DNA of 62,861 nucleotides, filler included, from Dugesia japonica (lineage: Eukaryota), in the NCBI GenBank assembly GCA_001938525.1. It is 6 parts of 6 records of this genome, joined end to end, with 100 filler letters (N's around TTAATTAATTAA, not from the genome) between each part and the next. Parts side by side here need not be neighbours in the genome. Positions count along the whole stretch, not along the records: positions 30,655 to 43,420 come from MQRL01598834.1; positions 43,521 to 53,613 come from MQRL01594504.1; 4 more parts are not named here. The stretch is one strand, 5' to 3'. The notes beneath the pieces were generated by a model that had not been told where the DNA came from, made no database searches, and saw only the letters and a list, made by a program, of their open reading frames with translations. Each line of letters begins with the position of its first letter. The stretch's first letter is position 1. A program made the translations under genes and the position numbers. Shown here piece by piece: positions 39,246 through 52,730 of the stretch.

Positions 39246-40299
39246 TACATCTTTTTTCTTTTATTTTATTAGTAAATTTGTTGGAATTCAATCTAGGCAG
39301 TTCGATTTCATTTCATGTTATAGAGTCAGATGACCTAATAAAACCCCGCGAAGAATTTAATCTAGTATCCTTAAGTTAAATCTTTGTTCGTATTTCTTTG
39401 GTTCGAGTTCTTATCTTTTATAGCACTTTCTTTGGTTAGTTACAATACCTTCATTGAGCTTACAAATTAATCCATCGATTCCAATATTTGTCTACAACTC
39501 ATTAACCCTTGTCATTATCAACCATCTTCTCATTAGTTGAATATAAAAATCTTTGTGCGCTTTACTTTGATGGGTCTGGAACCTTTTTTATGATTAAATA
39601 ATCTTGCAGATTCTATTTCAAATTACTTATTTGATTATTCGATATCTTGTAGAACAACTTATCCTTTCGTTTGGCAATATTTATACCCGCCTGGAACACC
39701 TTGTTAACTCATGAATGGTTTTACCCTTATGATTATCGTCTGCATCATTGCTATCCTTACTAGGGTTAAATTAGTCACAATTTTCTAATATTTGAGATAG
39801 GATTACTGTTAACGCATTATTTCATGAGAATAAATAATTGTTAATATAAGAAGTTAATAATAGAGATAGATAGAGATGAAATCGAAAAAGAAGATATAAT
39901 TAAGAAAAATAACAAAACCAGAAAATGGGAGGCCAAATATTAGTTAAAGAAAGAAATAATTGATGAAAACCAAGATATAGGACCTAAACATGTGATAACC
40001 AAAGAAATCTTAAAACAAAAGGAAACAGCTTAGAAATGAGGAAACCGAAGAAGAAAGTAAACGACTGAGAAGACAAAGAAAACGGTAAATAATAATTGGA
40101 AGGAATAATTCATTAAGAAGAATAAAGAAAATTTAATTAAATTAAAGTTAGGAAATAAATTAAATTAATTATTTATGAAAGGAAGTGCCTAAATTAAATT
40201 AAATTGTGGCTTAAAAATGAAAAATAGCGATCTAATTATTAAATTGAGAAGAAGAAAAACATAATTTATTTATTAAATAATATAAATCATGCAAATTTA

Positions 40300-43120
40300 A
40301 AGGCTTTTTGAATTGTCTTCTCTACCTGCATCTCCAATAATATCAAAATTCTATATGGTTTCACATTTTTCGGGTACAGTTTTGTGATTATTCTGTGTTT
40401 CACTAAATGGGTCTGTCACACATCTCATTTTGACACCATAAATACATAGTCCAATATCTTACACATCTCATTTAATTCACTTTCATTTTCAAAATTTATT
40501 GTACGTATTACCTTTTCCATCCATCACCATCCTTTACTGTTTCTCAGAACTTTGCTGTTATATTATTTTTCAATTCTCCTTCATTTTGTAGCTCGCATGT
40601 CTACAAAAATCTGTCTACGCAATTGGAATCCAAAATTATTTTGAAAATTTATTCCTGTAATAATACCCGAAAATACATTTTCTACTGCTAGATGAGTCTG
40701 TAACACTTATCACCGTATTTAAAAAATCAGATGACTCCATAAAACTTCATTAAAAATAAAACTACAATAATAACTGGTTTATTCAAATCAAGTAAAAAAT
40801 AATTTATCTCTGAGCTTTTTCTCAAATTATTAACAAAATGTGGCAACGTTATTTAAATATTAAATTTATCCTCAAAATATTTTATTTAACTCCTTTTTTA
40901 AAAAATTTATTTATTTGTAAAAATTTATAATTTGAAATACTATATTCTTTCTATATTACAATTTTAAATTACTAAAATTTTATTACTAATCATCAAAAAT
41001 TTTACGAATATTTACTGTTATTAAACTTTTAAAAGTAAACTCGTCTTTAAGATTTTAAATACTCTTTCCATTCTTTATTAATAATTTAAAATTATCAATA
41101 NNNNNNTCGAAATTTTCTTTAAAGATTTCACAAATATTTAACTATTTATTTAACTGTTTTTCAAATAAAAATAAACTATCATAAAAAATTTGAAAATATT
41201 ATTTGAAATTTATTAAAAAAGGTTAATACTTATCATTTTACATTTTTCATAAACGTAATCATACTTATTACAATTTAATTTCAAAAAGAATTATTTTAAA
41301 AGCAATTTAAACCAAACAATAGAAAATTTAAAATTTCATTTTTAAACACCCTCAAATCTACTACTGCAAATTCTATTTCGTTTACCATTTTTTCCAAGTT
41401 AAAATTCTACCCGAACTCTATCTTTAGTTACCAATCCGCTCACATTAGTACAACGTAATTTGTCATATGAAACTTCCAAACATACTTCTGACCAATTATT
41501 CAAACATTTTTCATTCAACATTGATATGAGGTCGCGTGTTCAATAAAAAATCTACTAATAACTCTAAAATTACTAACATGCACTCTTGGTCTACCCTGAA
41601 ATTTATCAAAAATCACATCGACATGGTGCCCACCAGACAACACAACCAACCACTCAATTTTGTTTTCCATTGAGAATTTTTTATTTTAAAAACTACTTTT
41701 TTAAAAATCCTTTTCTCTATTCTCCCACTTTTTTACACTTTGAGGACTCTCTCCAAAAACATCCATTTTTCAAATCTGGCTTTTACGAACTCTTCTCTTG
41801 CTGGAGCCCTCCCTTTTGGGTATTTTTTTTCCTATCTTACCCTCATCTACCTCTTAATCTAACTGCTTTTATCGTCCCATTTAATCGTATTAAAATAATT
41901 GTATCGGTTTCTCTGATCTTTTTCACTGATTATTTCGTAGGTCTGATATCCATTCCTTCCCATTTTCTGTCATTCTCAACTTTTGTGTTCTTATTCATTG
42001 CATCTAAGACATGTCATCTTCAAACATTCCCTTTTTAAATTTCCCAAATCTCCACATCCAAACAATTTTTGTCCATCTCTTCTACAATCCCTGCTTACAT
42101 GTCCTTTTTATTACATGTTCAACATTCTCGGTTTTCTCTCTTGGAACACTGACCTCTCACATTTTCTTTCTTCACACAACTCCAATATTCAATTTCTCTA
42201 ACTACCCTCTTATTTTTTCATGAATATGATTACTAGTTTGGACTGGTCTCCTCCATTATCCTTTAGTTCATATCCCATACTGCCTCAAACACCAACAAAT
42301 TCTTTCCTTTCTTCAACTTTATCTAATAAAAACAACGTTTCTTTAACCTTGTTTACTGAAGATAATTTTTTCCAAACTACTTCTTTCTGAAATCTTATAT
42401 TCTATTGAAATTTTCTTTTTGTAGGTGTTTCCTCTATCGACTCTTTGTCATCTCTTTGGCTATCAAACCATTGTTCTTTGTGAGTTCTCCTCCCAAACAT
42501 TTATTCTTAATATTATATCCCCAATATCTTTTGTCTCGTTGCATTTATCATATGTTCCGATTGGATCATTTTTTGATCTCGATCAAAAAAGTTTGATCCT
42601 GGGGTTGGGCGGAATTTTGAATTGTTTGTTTTAATTTTTTGTTGTTAATTAAAAGTGGAATTTTTAGTTTTAGTTAATAGCGGAATTTTGTGGGTAATTC
42701 AAATTTTGTTTTAAGTTTAATATTTTTTGGAGGAAATTGAAAATATTTTTATTAAGGGTGTTGTGAGTTTCTTATGAATTTGAGTTTAANTGAAAGAGGG
42801 CAGTAAGTGATGGTGAGTGTATGTGTGTATGTCTATGTGTGTGAATTGAGGTTTGAAAAGATGGCGAGGAAGATTTTAGATTATTGTTCGGGCAGTCTTA
42901 ATCTTCAAAGTTTTGGAAGTCTTGAGGTTGAAGGTTTTGGCAGTCTAAATTCCCAGAGCGTGTTTGTGTGTGTTGCAGTGGTACAGCTTTCGAGTTGCAA
43001 AAACGAGTTATAAATATATTTAAGTAGTTTGAGTTGTCTAAAATGCTCTGGGTATTCTAAATATATGCTAAGGGCAGTCTAAGAACATATGAGTACAGCA
43101 GTCTAAAAACATTTGATTAG
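40300..43120 (-). mobile_element. Highly decayed LTR-retrotransposon-like (gag/pro) region
   Basis: Strong purine bias on the minus strand and a frameshifted CCHC-knuckle-like stretch near 41615-41655. No intact domain. Confidence 0.3.
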
Positions 43121-43420
43121 AACAATCTTAATATATAATTTTATAAGTTAATTAGTTTAAATAAATTATTAATGATTATTAATTATTTTCATGCATTGTT
43201 TCAGTAACAGTTTTGTTTTCCTTCCATANCATTACCTCCTTCTTCATACAACAGTCCAACAGAACGAATCCATTAAGGTCAGATAGCACACGATCGAGTC
43301 CGTTCATAATTGAACTTATCAACCAGCGTGCGTAGATTTAACTAGGCTAAGCTTGATTTACAGTATATGCATCTATGATAGCAATGCTTCCAACCGTTCA
43401 CATCCGTTCATATTTGAACA

Positions 43421-43520
43421 NNNNNNNNNNNNNNNNNNNNNNNNNNNNNNNNNNNNNNNNNNNNTTAATTAATTAANNNNNNNNNNNNNNNNNNNNNNNN
43501 NNNNNNNNNNNNNNNNNNNN
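43421..43520. other. Artificial contig spacer
   Basis: N run + TTAATTAATTAA (43465-43476) + N run. Confidence 0.95.
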
Positions 43521-44241
43521 CTGTTTGTTAGGAGAGTTTGGAAAATTCAACTCCATAAATTTATTAAAATAAAAACTATAACATAATTAATTGTTTAAAC
43601 AAACAAATTTAAAATTCATATTTAAAAACAGAAAATACTAAATATTAAATTTTATATTTTATTCTTCTTAAAATATATTTGATTTTTAAAAATACATTCA
43701 AATAAACATCTTTTATTCATTTAATTTTATATTTTAAAAATCCTTAAATTTTAGTTATTTATTTTATAAATTATTTTCTTGATACAATTTTAAATATACT
43801 TTTGATTTTAATAAATTCCGTTTTCAAAAATAAAAAAATTTAAATCTTTTTTTTAAAAAACTATATTGTACTGCTGTTATTAAAAAATTTTCATAACATG
43901 CTAAGATTTAATTATCAAAAACAAAAACGTACGATAGTTTTTTTTAATGTTTAAATTCATTTATTTGTTTATAAAAATTACCGTAAAGTGTACCTTTTGT
44001 TTTTTTTTTTGATACAGTGTAAGAATTTTAATGTTTTTTATGTTGTCCCCTTATTTGTATTTTATTTCTCGTAAAAGCAAACTAAAATTCAAAAAGAATA
44101 TTAATTAATTAAATAACAATTTTAAACTGTCTGTGGTGTAGTATTTTAATAATTTATTATACCCATATAAGTTTTTAATTAATATTATTTTTGATTTAAT
44201 TGTAAATTTTATAACTAATAATTATTTATTGGCAATACAAA

Positions 44242-45180
44242 ATGACATCAGTCTAAAGAAAATTGTAATCTGAAAATAGGAAATTTAATAGTTGTTTTGT
44301 TTTCGAGCAAAATAAGAAAATTGTATGCTTAATTTGTGAAGTAACTTTAATATAATTTAATATAAAGAGAATTTTAATGGATAATATAAAGAGGCACCAG
44401 TTTACAATACACAATATCAGCAGATCGTTAGGTTTTACGTGAAGAGAAGATTGAATNAATTAAGAGAAATATTTTTTTAAAAATCATAAATCGGAGATTG
44501 CTATTGAAACGGGCTACGAATTTTCATTATTGATTGCCAAAACAGCTCAACCTTTTACTGAAGGAGAATTTATTAAATCTTATTTATTAACGGCAGCAAG
44601 AAAAATATCTCCTATTCTATCAAAACAATTTGAAAATATTTCTTTGAGAAGAACCACAGTTCAGCTCCTGCTTGTTTAAATGGCTGATGACATATCTGAT
44701 CAATTTAAAGAAAAAGCTCAGCATATTACGTATTTTTCCTTGGCGGTTGATGAGTCAACAGATATTTCACTAACTGCTCAATTTATGATATTTTTTTCTT
44801 GGTATCACTGATGATTTCAATATTTATGAAAAACTATTGGCCATTAGTTAATTGATAGATCGGACCGCTGGTAATGATTTACTGACGAAGTTTCTTTACG
44901 AATGTGAAAAATCTGGTCTTGATATGAAAATACTTGCTGGAATTACGACAGATAGTGCATCTTCGATGATTGGAACCACTAAAGGTATGGTATCATTGCT
45001 TAAAAATAATTTTGGTAATCGAAAGCTGGAACTAATTTTATTCCAATGCATTCTTCATCAACAAAATCTTTGCAGAAAAGACTTAGGATTCGATCACTAA
45101 ATGACGGTAGTCATGAAGATAGCAAATTTCATAAAGAAATAGAGGTCTCAACCATCAACAATATCAACAATTCAGATTTA
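44242..45180 (+). mobile_element. Decayed hAT (Charlie/Buster, GTF2IRD2/EPM2AIP1-like) transposase
   Basis: SENRKFN, VCLIC, NIKRH, PFTEGEFIK, YFSLAVDESTDIS.TAQ, GITTDSASSMIG and FQCILHQQNLC. Confidence 0.9.
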
Positions 45181-45398
45181 GAAAAATGTATAAAAAATAA
45201 ACGTCTGTGGAAAATATTTTCTATCTTTATTCATTATTACTTTTATTTGTTGAGTATTTTTATTTTATTTGCATGAAAATCAATCTTAATATAAGCAGAG
45301 AAATTTCTAATAATAATGTTGCCGGGGGAGAATTTAATATTGATTCTCAACGAGGGATTATTTTATACACACTAGAGCTATCATTTGTCCTTTAATGC

Positions 45399-45462
45399 CG
45401 TACGCACTTTAACTGTATACGCACTTAAACCGTATACCCACTTTAACTGTGTAAGCACTTTA
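45399..45462. repeat. Short tandem ~16-17-mer repeat (subterminal-repeat-like)
   Basis: CGTAYRC.CACTT(T)AAC units repeated about four times. Confidence 0.6.
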
Positions 45463-47567
45463 TGGGTACTGTGAGTACTTATTTGTTTTTGGAAATTTTT
45501 GTTTTTAAATTTATTTCATCAAAAATATGTTGACTATTTTTAAGTATGATATTCTTGATTAGCGTAAAATCATCTATCAACTAAATGGGTTGATAATAAA
45601 ATTTGAGAAAGTGTTTTTTTAGAAAAAATAAAAAATTTACTAAAAATAATACTAAGGAAATTCTCAATAGATTGGTAAAAATTTTCATATTTTGAAAACA
45701 AAATATTTTAGAAATAATTGGTTAAATTAATATTGGGGTTCAACGCAAAATGAAGTTTTCCGAGTGATCGAGTAATAAATGAATTAATTATTACCTCACC
45801 AATAGTGTCATATTATCCGGAGTGATTACGTTAATATTATATAGTTATGATGTAATTATTAATCCTGACATGACCATATAAGAATGACGCATATGAAAAT
45901 TCATAACCACTGTGTATGATTGCGTCAATGGGTATGCCTATGTGCGCGACTATTCATTTACTCAAGTTAAACAAATTTTACCATTAAAGTTTTGTTTAAC
46001 TTTTAGATAATTTTAAACTGTACTCTAGCTTACGGAAAATATAATTACCAAATTCACTCACTCAGTCTAGAATGGTGATATTTATTATTGATAATTATCA
46101 GTAACTAAAAATAAAAATATCAATTATAAAAATATTAAAATTAAATTTTAATAAAAATAATATTATTATTAATAATAATTCGCAATAACGATTAGTAATA
46201 ATATTAATGAAATAATAATAATAATTAATAATGAAAATAATCTTTAATATAATTATCCAATTCACTCACTGACTCACTCTTGAACATTTCAGTAAAAAAA
46301 TATTTTAAGCTTATAAATTACAAACACTTAAGAATAAACTTATTATTTAGTTTAAGTCAATTAAGACGCTCATCGTTGAATTTAAAATAGTTTTCGAATC
46401 CATGCAATATTTATTAATTTATTAAAGATAAATATATAAGTTTTTTGAACAAATTAAATAAGCTAAATTAATTTGAGATTCAACTTTAACTTTAATTATT
46501 TTTAAATAAAATATTTTAAAATTAATTTCATTGCTTTTAATTTATTAATGTTATTCTTTATTATTCAACTCTTATTAATTAATATAATTCTAAATTCTCC
46601 AAAAAATCAAAGTCGAAATCTCAAAAATTTGTCTATGCTATTGATATTTTCTTTAAATTGAGATTTTTAAAGTACTCTTAAAATATCATTAAATTTAAGT
46701 CGACATTTTCAAATCATAACATTTCCTAAAAAATTTAATAACGACTTAATAAAAACTTCATCTTAAATCAATTAATAATTATTAAAACAAATTAAAAGTT
46801 ATTAATCAAAATATTTCGGTTTTTTTATTTATTTTTATTAAATATATTTTATCTAAATTATCTTGTATTTTAAGTGATAATTATATTTTAGCATCGTTTA
46901 GGTTAATATTTTTTTAATAAAACAGATTTTGTTTTCAAAAAAATTGTGAAAACCACGTGTTATTTCTTAAAATCCGAAGACTCTTAGTTTAATAATCAAA
47001 CCTTGAAACTCAGGATAATATTGGTATTTCAACTTGTTTCTTAATTTAATACTTGAAATCCAGATTAGGTTTGAAAATATTAAATAGTAAAATTGGCTAA
47101 ATTAAAATTACAATGTTTTCCATTGAATAATTATTTTATAATGTAGCTATATAATTTCAATGTTACTGAAAAGGAAAAATATTCTCAAATCGATTTTCTT
47201 ATATAAAATAATTTGAGTCGATATTGACTTTACAAGTAAAATTATTCTGAAATAATAATCAACATTAAGTATTTAGAAGGATTTATAAAATTATTATTCT
47301 TAGTATATCATTCTTGTAAATCCGATTAAGAAATTAATTAATCGTTAATATACAGATGCATTTGCAATCCATCATTAATTATGTAGAATCCAATGACTAA
47401 AAATATATATTTCAATTTTTTTACAATCAAAATGCAAATAAATTTTAAACTACAATATGACGAAAAATGGTTATTCCTATGACGAAAAATGGTTATTCCT
47501 ATTTCAGCACATGCAAATTAATCTCAAAAACAAAAAATTACGAATTGAATATAAATTGATATTGAAA

Positions 47568-48105
47568 TCGTCGTCTGTAAAAATAGATTATTATTTGCTA
47601 TTTTTTATTTTTAAATCAATGAATTAAGCTCGTACTAAATATTATTATTCAACTTTTGGAAGAATCATCATAAATAAAATATTCTTTAAATTTTAGATTC
47701 TGCTAAACAGTTTATTTCATGAATATGGAATTGTAGGATCATTATCAAATCACCTTTTTTGTTATTTAAATCACCTTTTGTTAAGCAGTCATAATTCTTT
47801 AAAAAAGAAACATAAAGTCAAAAATTTGTCAAAAAATTTCATTATTAAGTCANNNNNNNNNNNNNNNNNNNNNNNNNNNNNNNNNNNNNNNNNNNNNNNN
47901 NNATCGTCGTCTGTAAAAATAGATTATTATTTGCTATTTTTTATTTTTAAATCAATGAATTAAGCTCGTACTAAATATTATTATTCAACTTTTGGAAGAA
48001 TCATCATAAATAAAATATTCTTTAAATTTTAGATTCTGCTAAACAGTTTATTTCATGAATATGGAATTGNAGGATCATTATCAAATCACCTTTTTTGTTA
48101 TTTAA
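47568..48105. repeat. ~200-bp direct duplication flanking a gap (probable assembly overlap)
   Basis: 47568-47770 is repeated at 47903-48105. Confidence 0.85.
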
Positions 48106-50151
48106 AATGTCAAATAAACACAAGATATAGTGAATTGTTTTAATCATAATTTAATATACCACATAACAATATATATAAAATGAAGTATTAAATTTTAATA
48201 TCATTTGCAATTGAATTTTCTTAGCAAATTTCTGAGAAGTTCTGAACATTTCATATTTTTACGTGCAAAATGATATACCACTATTCACAATTATAAAGAA
48301 ATAACTCACTTAATTTACAACTTAAATCCGTTCAACTTTAAAATTATTTTCTCCGCTGCAGATAGTAGGCTTTAAACTTCGTACGCTTTAAATATATCAA
48401 ATATATTGTAAAATTGCACTTTAAAAATATTGTTCAAATAATTGAAATAAGTCAGCTGACGATTTAAAATAAAGACAATATAAATATTATTTCGAACTGT
48501 ATGTAAATCATAAGGTTCGTTTTTTATCTACTTTCTGAGAATAAAGATTCGTTATTGATACATTTGTTGATTAGCGATTGGTGATATAATGATTGGCTTT
48601 GGCAATTAAGCTTTGTTTGTGTGTTTAATGGATTGCATATGAATCATTATAAAATGAAATTCGACTTTTCTCTGGCTTTCGTATAGTTGCATTAAAAAAA
48701 AATCAATGTTAGTAAAGTCATTTAAAAAATTTAATTGTTTATATTATTTTATAATTTTAATAAAAGGAAAATTATTATTAATTTATTTCTTCGATATTAA
48801 ACTGTATTTTTATTTATGTTCAATATTTCGCACATTTATATTTAAATTATCTTTCTAATTAATCAACGAATCGATTATTTGTATTAATTTAAAGTCTAAA
48901 TACCTCAGGTAAAATATGATTCAGTAAATTAATTTATTAGACGTGGTTAAATGTCCACAGAAATTAATAATTATTCTGACCTTTATGCGGCGGCAAATGA
49001 CATTTATACATTGCCATAATGAGGAAAAAGGGTATTCTTTTATTAGAAAAACTATTAATTATTATTTACAATAATTTGTTATTTAGGTATAAAATATTCA
49101 GTTTAATTTTTTTATTTTAATATTGACAAATGAAGTTTATTCTAATAATTTTGTTAGAAATGCTTAAAAGTATTTCGTCAATTATTAAAATGCATTACTC
49201 CGATAATTCATACCTGATTCAAGTCGCACACTACTATCACCATGCTTGAATTACTATACTTGTCAACTAATTTCGAATAAATTGTCTCTTGATTAGATGT
49301 TGCAGTCAAGGGCGAGTTTCAGAACATTATAGAATTGTTGAAGTTCTAGTTGTGCCATTTGCTAATAATTTCATTCGCTATTGTCTTTTCTTTTTGGAGT
49401 TCCAAAGAGATAAATTGGGTTGTCACATTGCCGAGAGGATTTCTTCTCCCGTTAAGAATTGGATCTGGTGTTCTATACTAGACTTTTGAAATGTAGCCAA
49501 TAATTTGCCTCATGCTGGAAATGCATGCTCACAATCTTCATGTTACTCGCGTTTTCCCTATTTTAGACTCTTGATTAGATTTTGATTTTATTTCTAGTTC
49601 TATTCATCCTTCTAAAGATATTGGTACTGTAATATAGTTTTTAAAAGCAGATTTGAATTATTTGTATTTTAAAGCGGAATTTATTGAAATTAGATTTGTT
49701 AAATATTTAAATTTGGATCATAAAAATAATTTTTAAAATAAACAAATTATCATTTTCCATTTAAGAATAAATAAACGTGTGTTAAAATTTTTGTAACTTT
49801 ATTATAATTTGTAAAATTATCAAATTTCTAATTTTCAATAAAATATATTTTTTTAATGTATTAATAATATCTCATTGTTTAAGATCTCTTTCAATGATGG
49901 CATAAATAGATCCAGATTATAATGCATCTTTAATATTTCTGCTTTATAATATGACTCCATGTAAAAGTCCACAGATTCTCAGATTAATAAAAATTCCCTG
50001 AAGCACCGAAAATAAACAAAACACACCTACACAGAAAGTAGGTAGAACAGATACTATAAAAGTGGCAGCGGAATTATAAATAACAACTAAAAAAAGAAGA
50101 AAAAGTTTAAGAATTTTTGATCGAGAGTATTTAGTGAATTTTTATTTGGTG

Positions 50152-51900
50152 TTAGAAAGTGTTCACGATTAAAATCGACCCCAAGATGTGAGAGGTTACA
50201 AGTGCTAGATCATCTGCATATGCCAAGCAAGATATGTGATGTCCAGCACATTTAACACCGTCACCTTCAGTTTTAGAAATTTCATTAATGATAGGATTGA
50301 TGTCGATGTTAAACAACAACATAGACTGAGGACAACCCTGTCTAAACCCCCTTCTGTTAGCAATATGGTTAGTAGAAACCTTATTACAGATGTAATAACT
50401 GGAGCAGTCAGAATACAAAGCTCTGGTGGTATATCGATTCTGTTCGTCAAGGAGGTAGCAAAGCAGAAAATTGTGCTCGGAACAGCCTTCAGAATTTTCA
50501 GCACTTCTTTGAAGATTATGCAACAATCCGAAATTCCGAGTCCAATCCGATAGTTGCGTCGCCAGGCAAGCCATGAAAAGCTTGTACAGACAATCAAATA
50601 AGGCTATTGATCTCCAAGATGAAACGAGATGATAAGAACCAGCTTTGGCTGGCTTCGGAATCATCAGACTCGAGTAAATTCTCCATCTATTATGAATTAC
50701 CTCAGATGTAAAGATTTTCCTGCAAATGCTGTGTATTAGCTCACATTTTGGGTCCATTGCTTTAAGACATTGTCATGTGATGTTGTTTATACCAGGTGTT
50801 GACACAGACAAACCGTAAAGGATGTTTCTGATAGCAACAGGTTCAAGACAAGAAAATTAAAAAGTATTTGCACCAGATTTTAAAAGGGGGAACAGATCCC
50901 AGTTAGTATTAGGACCAGCTTCAGTNNNNNNNNNNNNNNNNNNNNNNNNNNNNNNNNNNNNNNNNNNNNNNNNNNNNNNNNNNNNNNNNNNNNNNNNNNN
51001 NNNNNNNNNNNNNNNNNNNNNNNNNNNNNNNNCCCTCAAGTTTAAATCTAATTCTGCCCGCTTGCTGGTTTTGCCCTCTACAATTTTAAAATTTAAGGAT
51101 TTCGGTTTGATGCCTTGAACAGAGTGGATATAGCTGTAGAAAGAGTCTACAGCTGAATTTACATCACTATTCTCAATAGTTATATGCAATTCGTTAATTT
51201 TATTTTTATTTTGAGCAATTTCATTAGTATTTTGATATTTGTCAATCTCTATGGGTTTGTAGCAATTTTTTTTATTAAAATTTAAATATTTAGATTTTAT
51301 TGCGCTAATATCAACTCTATTCAATGTGTTGAATTTTTTAATAGAGCTGATATACCCACAGACAACTAAACTACTCTCTCAATCATTCCTTTGAAAATCT
51401 GTCACATTGAAAGGAAGTTTGATAAGAGTGATGTCTTTTCTTCTGTTGAACTCAGACATATAGACATGCAATCCTTAAGGAATTTCCTCTCATGTGGTTT
51501 TCTTTAGGGTCCAACAAGAAATATTTTTGTCCACACAGAAAACAAACAAGGCCATCTCGCATCCGAGACAAGGAAAGGATAGGAGATAATTTAGTGTTTA
51601 TATAACGAGTCTTGATTTACAAGCATTAAATGAATTTAATTAGAAATGGTTCACCAAATATTATACAAGAATGTAAATTAAATAACTCGAAAATGAAATC
51701 ATCACGACCCAATAACATGCCGGTGCTTTTTTATTCCACGGGTATCTACGACACGGATAGAGAGCCTGGTAGGTATATGAAGATAAATACGTATCAAGGA
51801 TATAAAATTCCGAGATCAGGAAGCAGAGATACAAGAACTNAGAAAAAAGATTAAGCAACTCCAAATTAATCAGACCAAAAAGGAACGGGACCAAGAGAAA
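50152..51900 (-). mobile_element. Second R2/NeSL-group non-LTR retrotransposon relic (Zn finger plus RT)
   Basis: LMIPKP...SSWRSIAL..CLYKLF, EGCSEHNFLL, RGFRQGCPQSMLLFNI.INP and ISCLAYADDLALV. C2H2-like CFLCGQKY...NHMR near 51490-51545. No endonuclease was found downstream, so the clade call rests on RT and finger similarity. Confidence 0.9.
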
Positions 51901-52262
51901 CAAAATCAGGAGCTAGCAGGTTTACTGAGCAGGCTATCAAACCATCTCCGTCGACCTCAAAAAATAACTGATCCGGGTACGGTGTTTAAGTTAAATTAAC
52001 TGGCTCATAACAAAGCGGCTAAATGTCTAGTAGACGGGATTGAGCGAACAATGCTGATGTTGGTAGCTTATTTATTCGAAGAAGATGAAGTAATAAAAGG
52101 GACTATCGTGCGATTTCAGAGCCTGATCATGTTAATACTGAGAATAAAGTTTCAATGAGTTTTGTGTCAAATTGAATAAAAGTTTTTTCTAGATTATCGA
52201 AATGCTAAATTTGTAAATTATAAAGTTTTGAATTATTTTAATGCCTGAAAATTTCGATATAG

Positions 52263-52730
52263 GAGAAGAATGCTGCCTTAAAGAAAAAAATGACTAAGTT
52301 GCGTGAGCGGGTGAGTGTAAGCACAAAGCAAGAGCTTAAACTCATCAATAATAATCGGAAGCTCGTAGAGATCGACAAAATTTACACTGGTCAAAATGCG
52401 TTGGTTCTAGAAAATTTGCGCATCCTATGGAAGGACTACGAAGCAAANATGGTGCTGTCTGATCCAAATTGCCAGATAACAGAAGAAACCATCTTCAGAT
52501 CTCCTTGGTGTATTTTGTCTTATGTAAATAAATAAATAATAAATGCCACCGAATTATTACTTATGCAAATGAATACAGAAATTTAATTCAAATGAACGAC
52601 ACGAACATCAAGATGATTTTCTAAAGACGGGATACAGAATAGTTCTGCACGGGGTAGATAAAAAACCCGCGACGTGTTGAAAAATTTCTGCAGGCTTCAT
52701 TGTATCTACTCCTAGAAGATATATCGAGTT
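52263..52730 (+). pseudogene. Copy C of the small unannotated ORF cassette, antisense and divergent to the retrotransposon
   Basis: EKNAALKKKMTKLRERVSVSTKQELKLINNNRKLVEIDKIYTGQNALVLENLRILWKDYE (ORF 52290-52535), then QDDFLKTGYRIVLHGVDKKPATC*KISAGFIVST. Confidence 0.7.

Noticed and set aside
41586-42634. Phe/Leu/Ser-rich plus-strand ORFs as membrane proteins
   Set aside because: A by-product of pyrimidine-rich composition opposite a decayed minus-strand coding region.
43270-43420. Possible PIF/Harbinger terminus (TTAAGGTC...CACACG)
   Set aside because: Only one end is visible before a contig break.
49200-49560. Possible post-RT segment of the second retrotransposon
   Set aside because: Coding-like and in a plausible position, but no diagnostic motif could be read.
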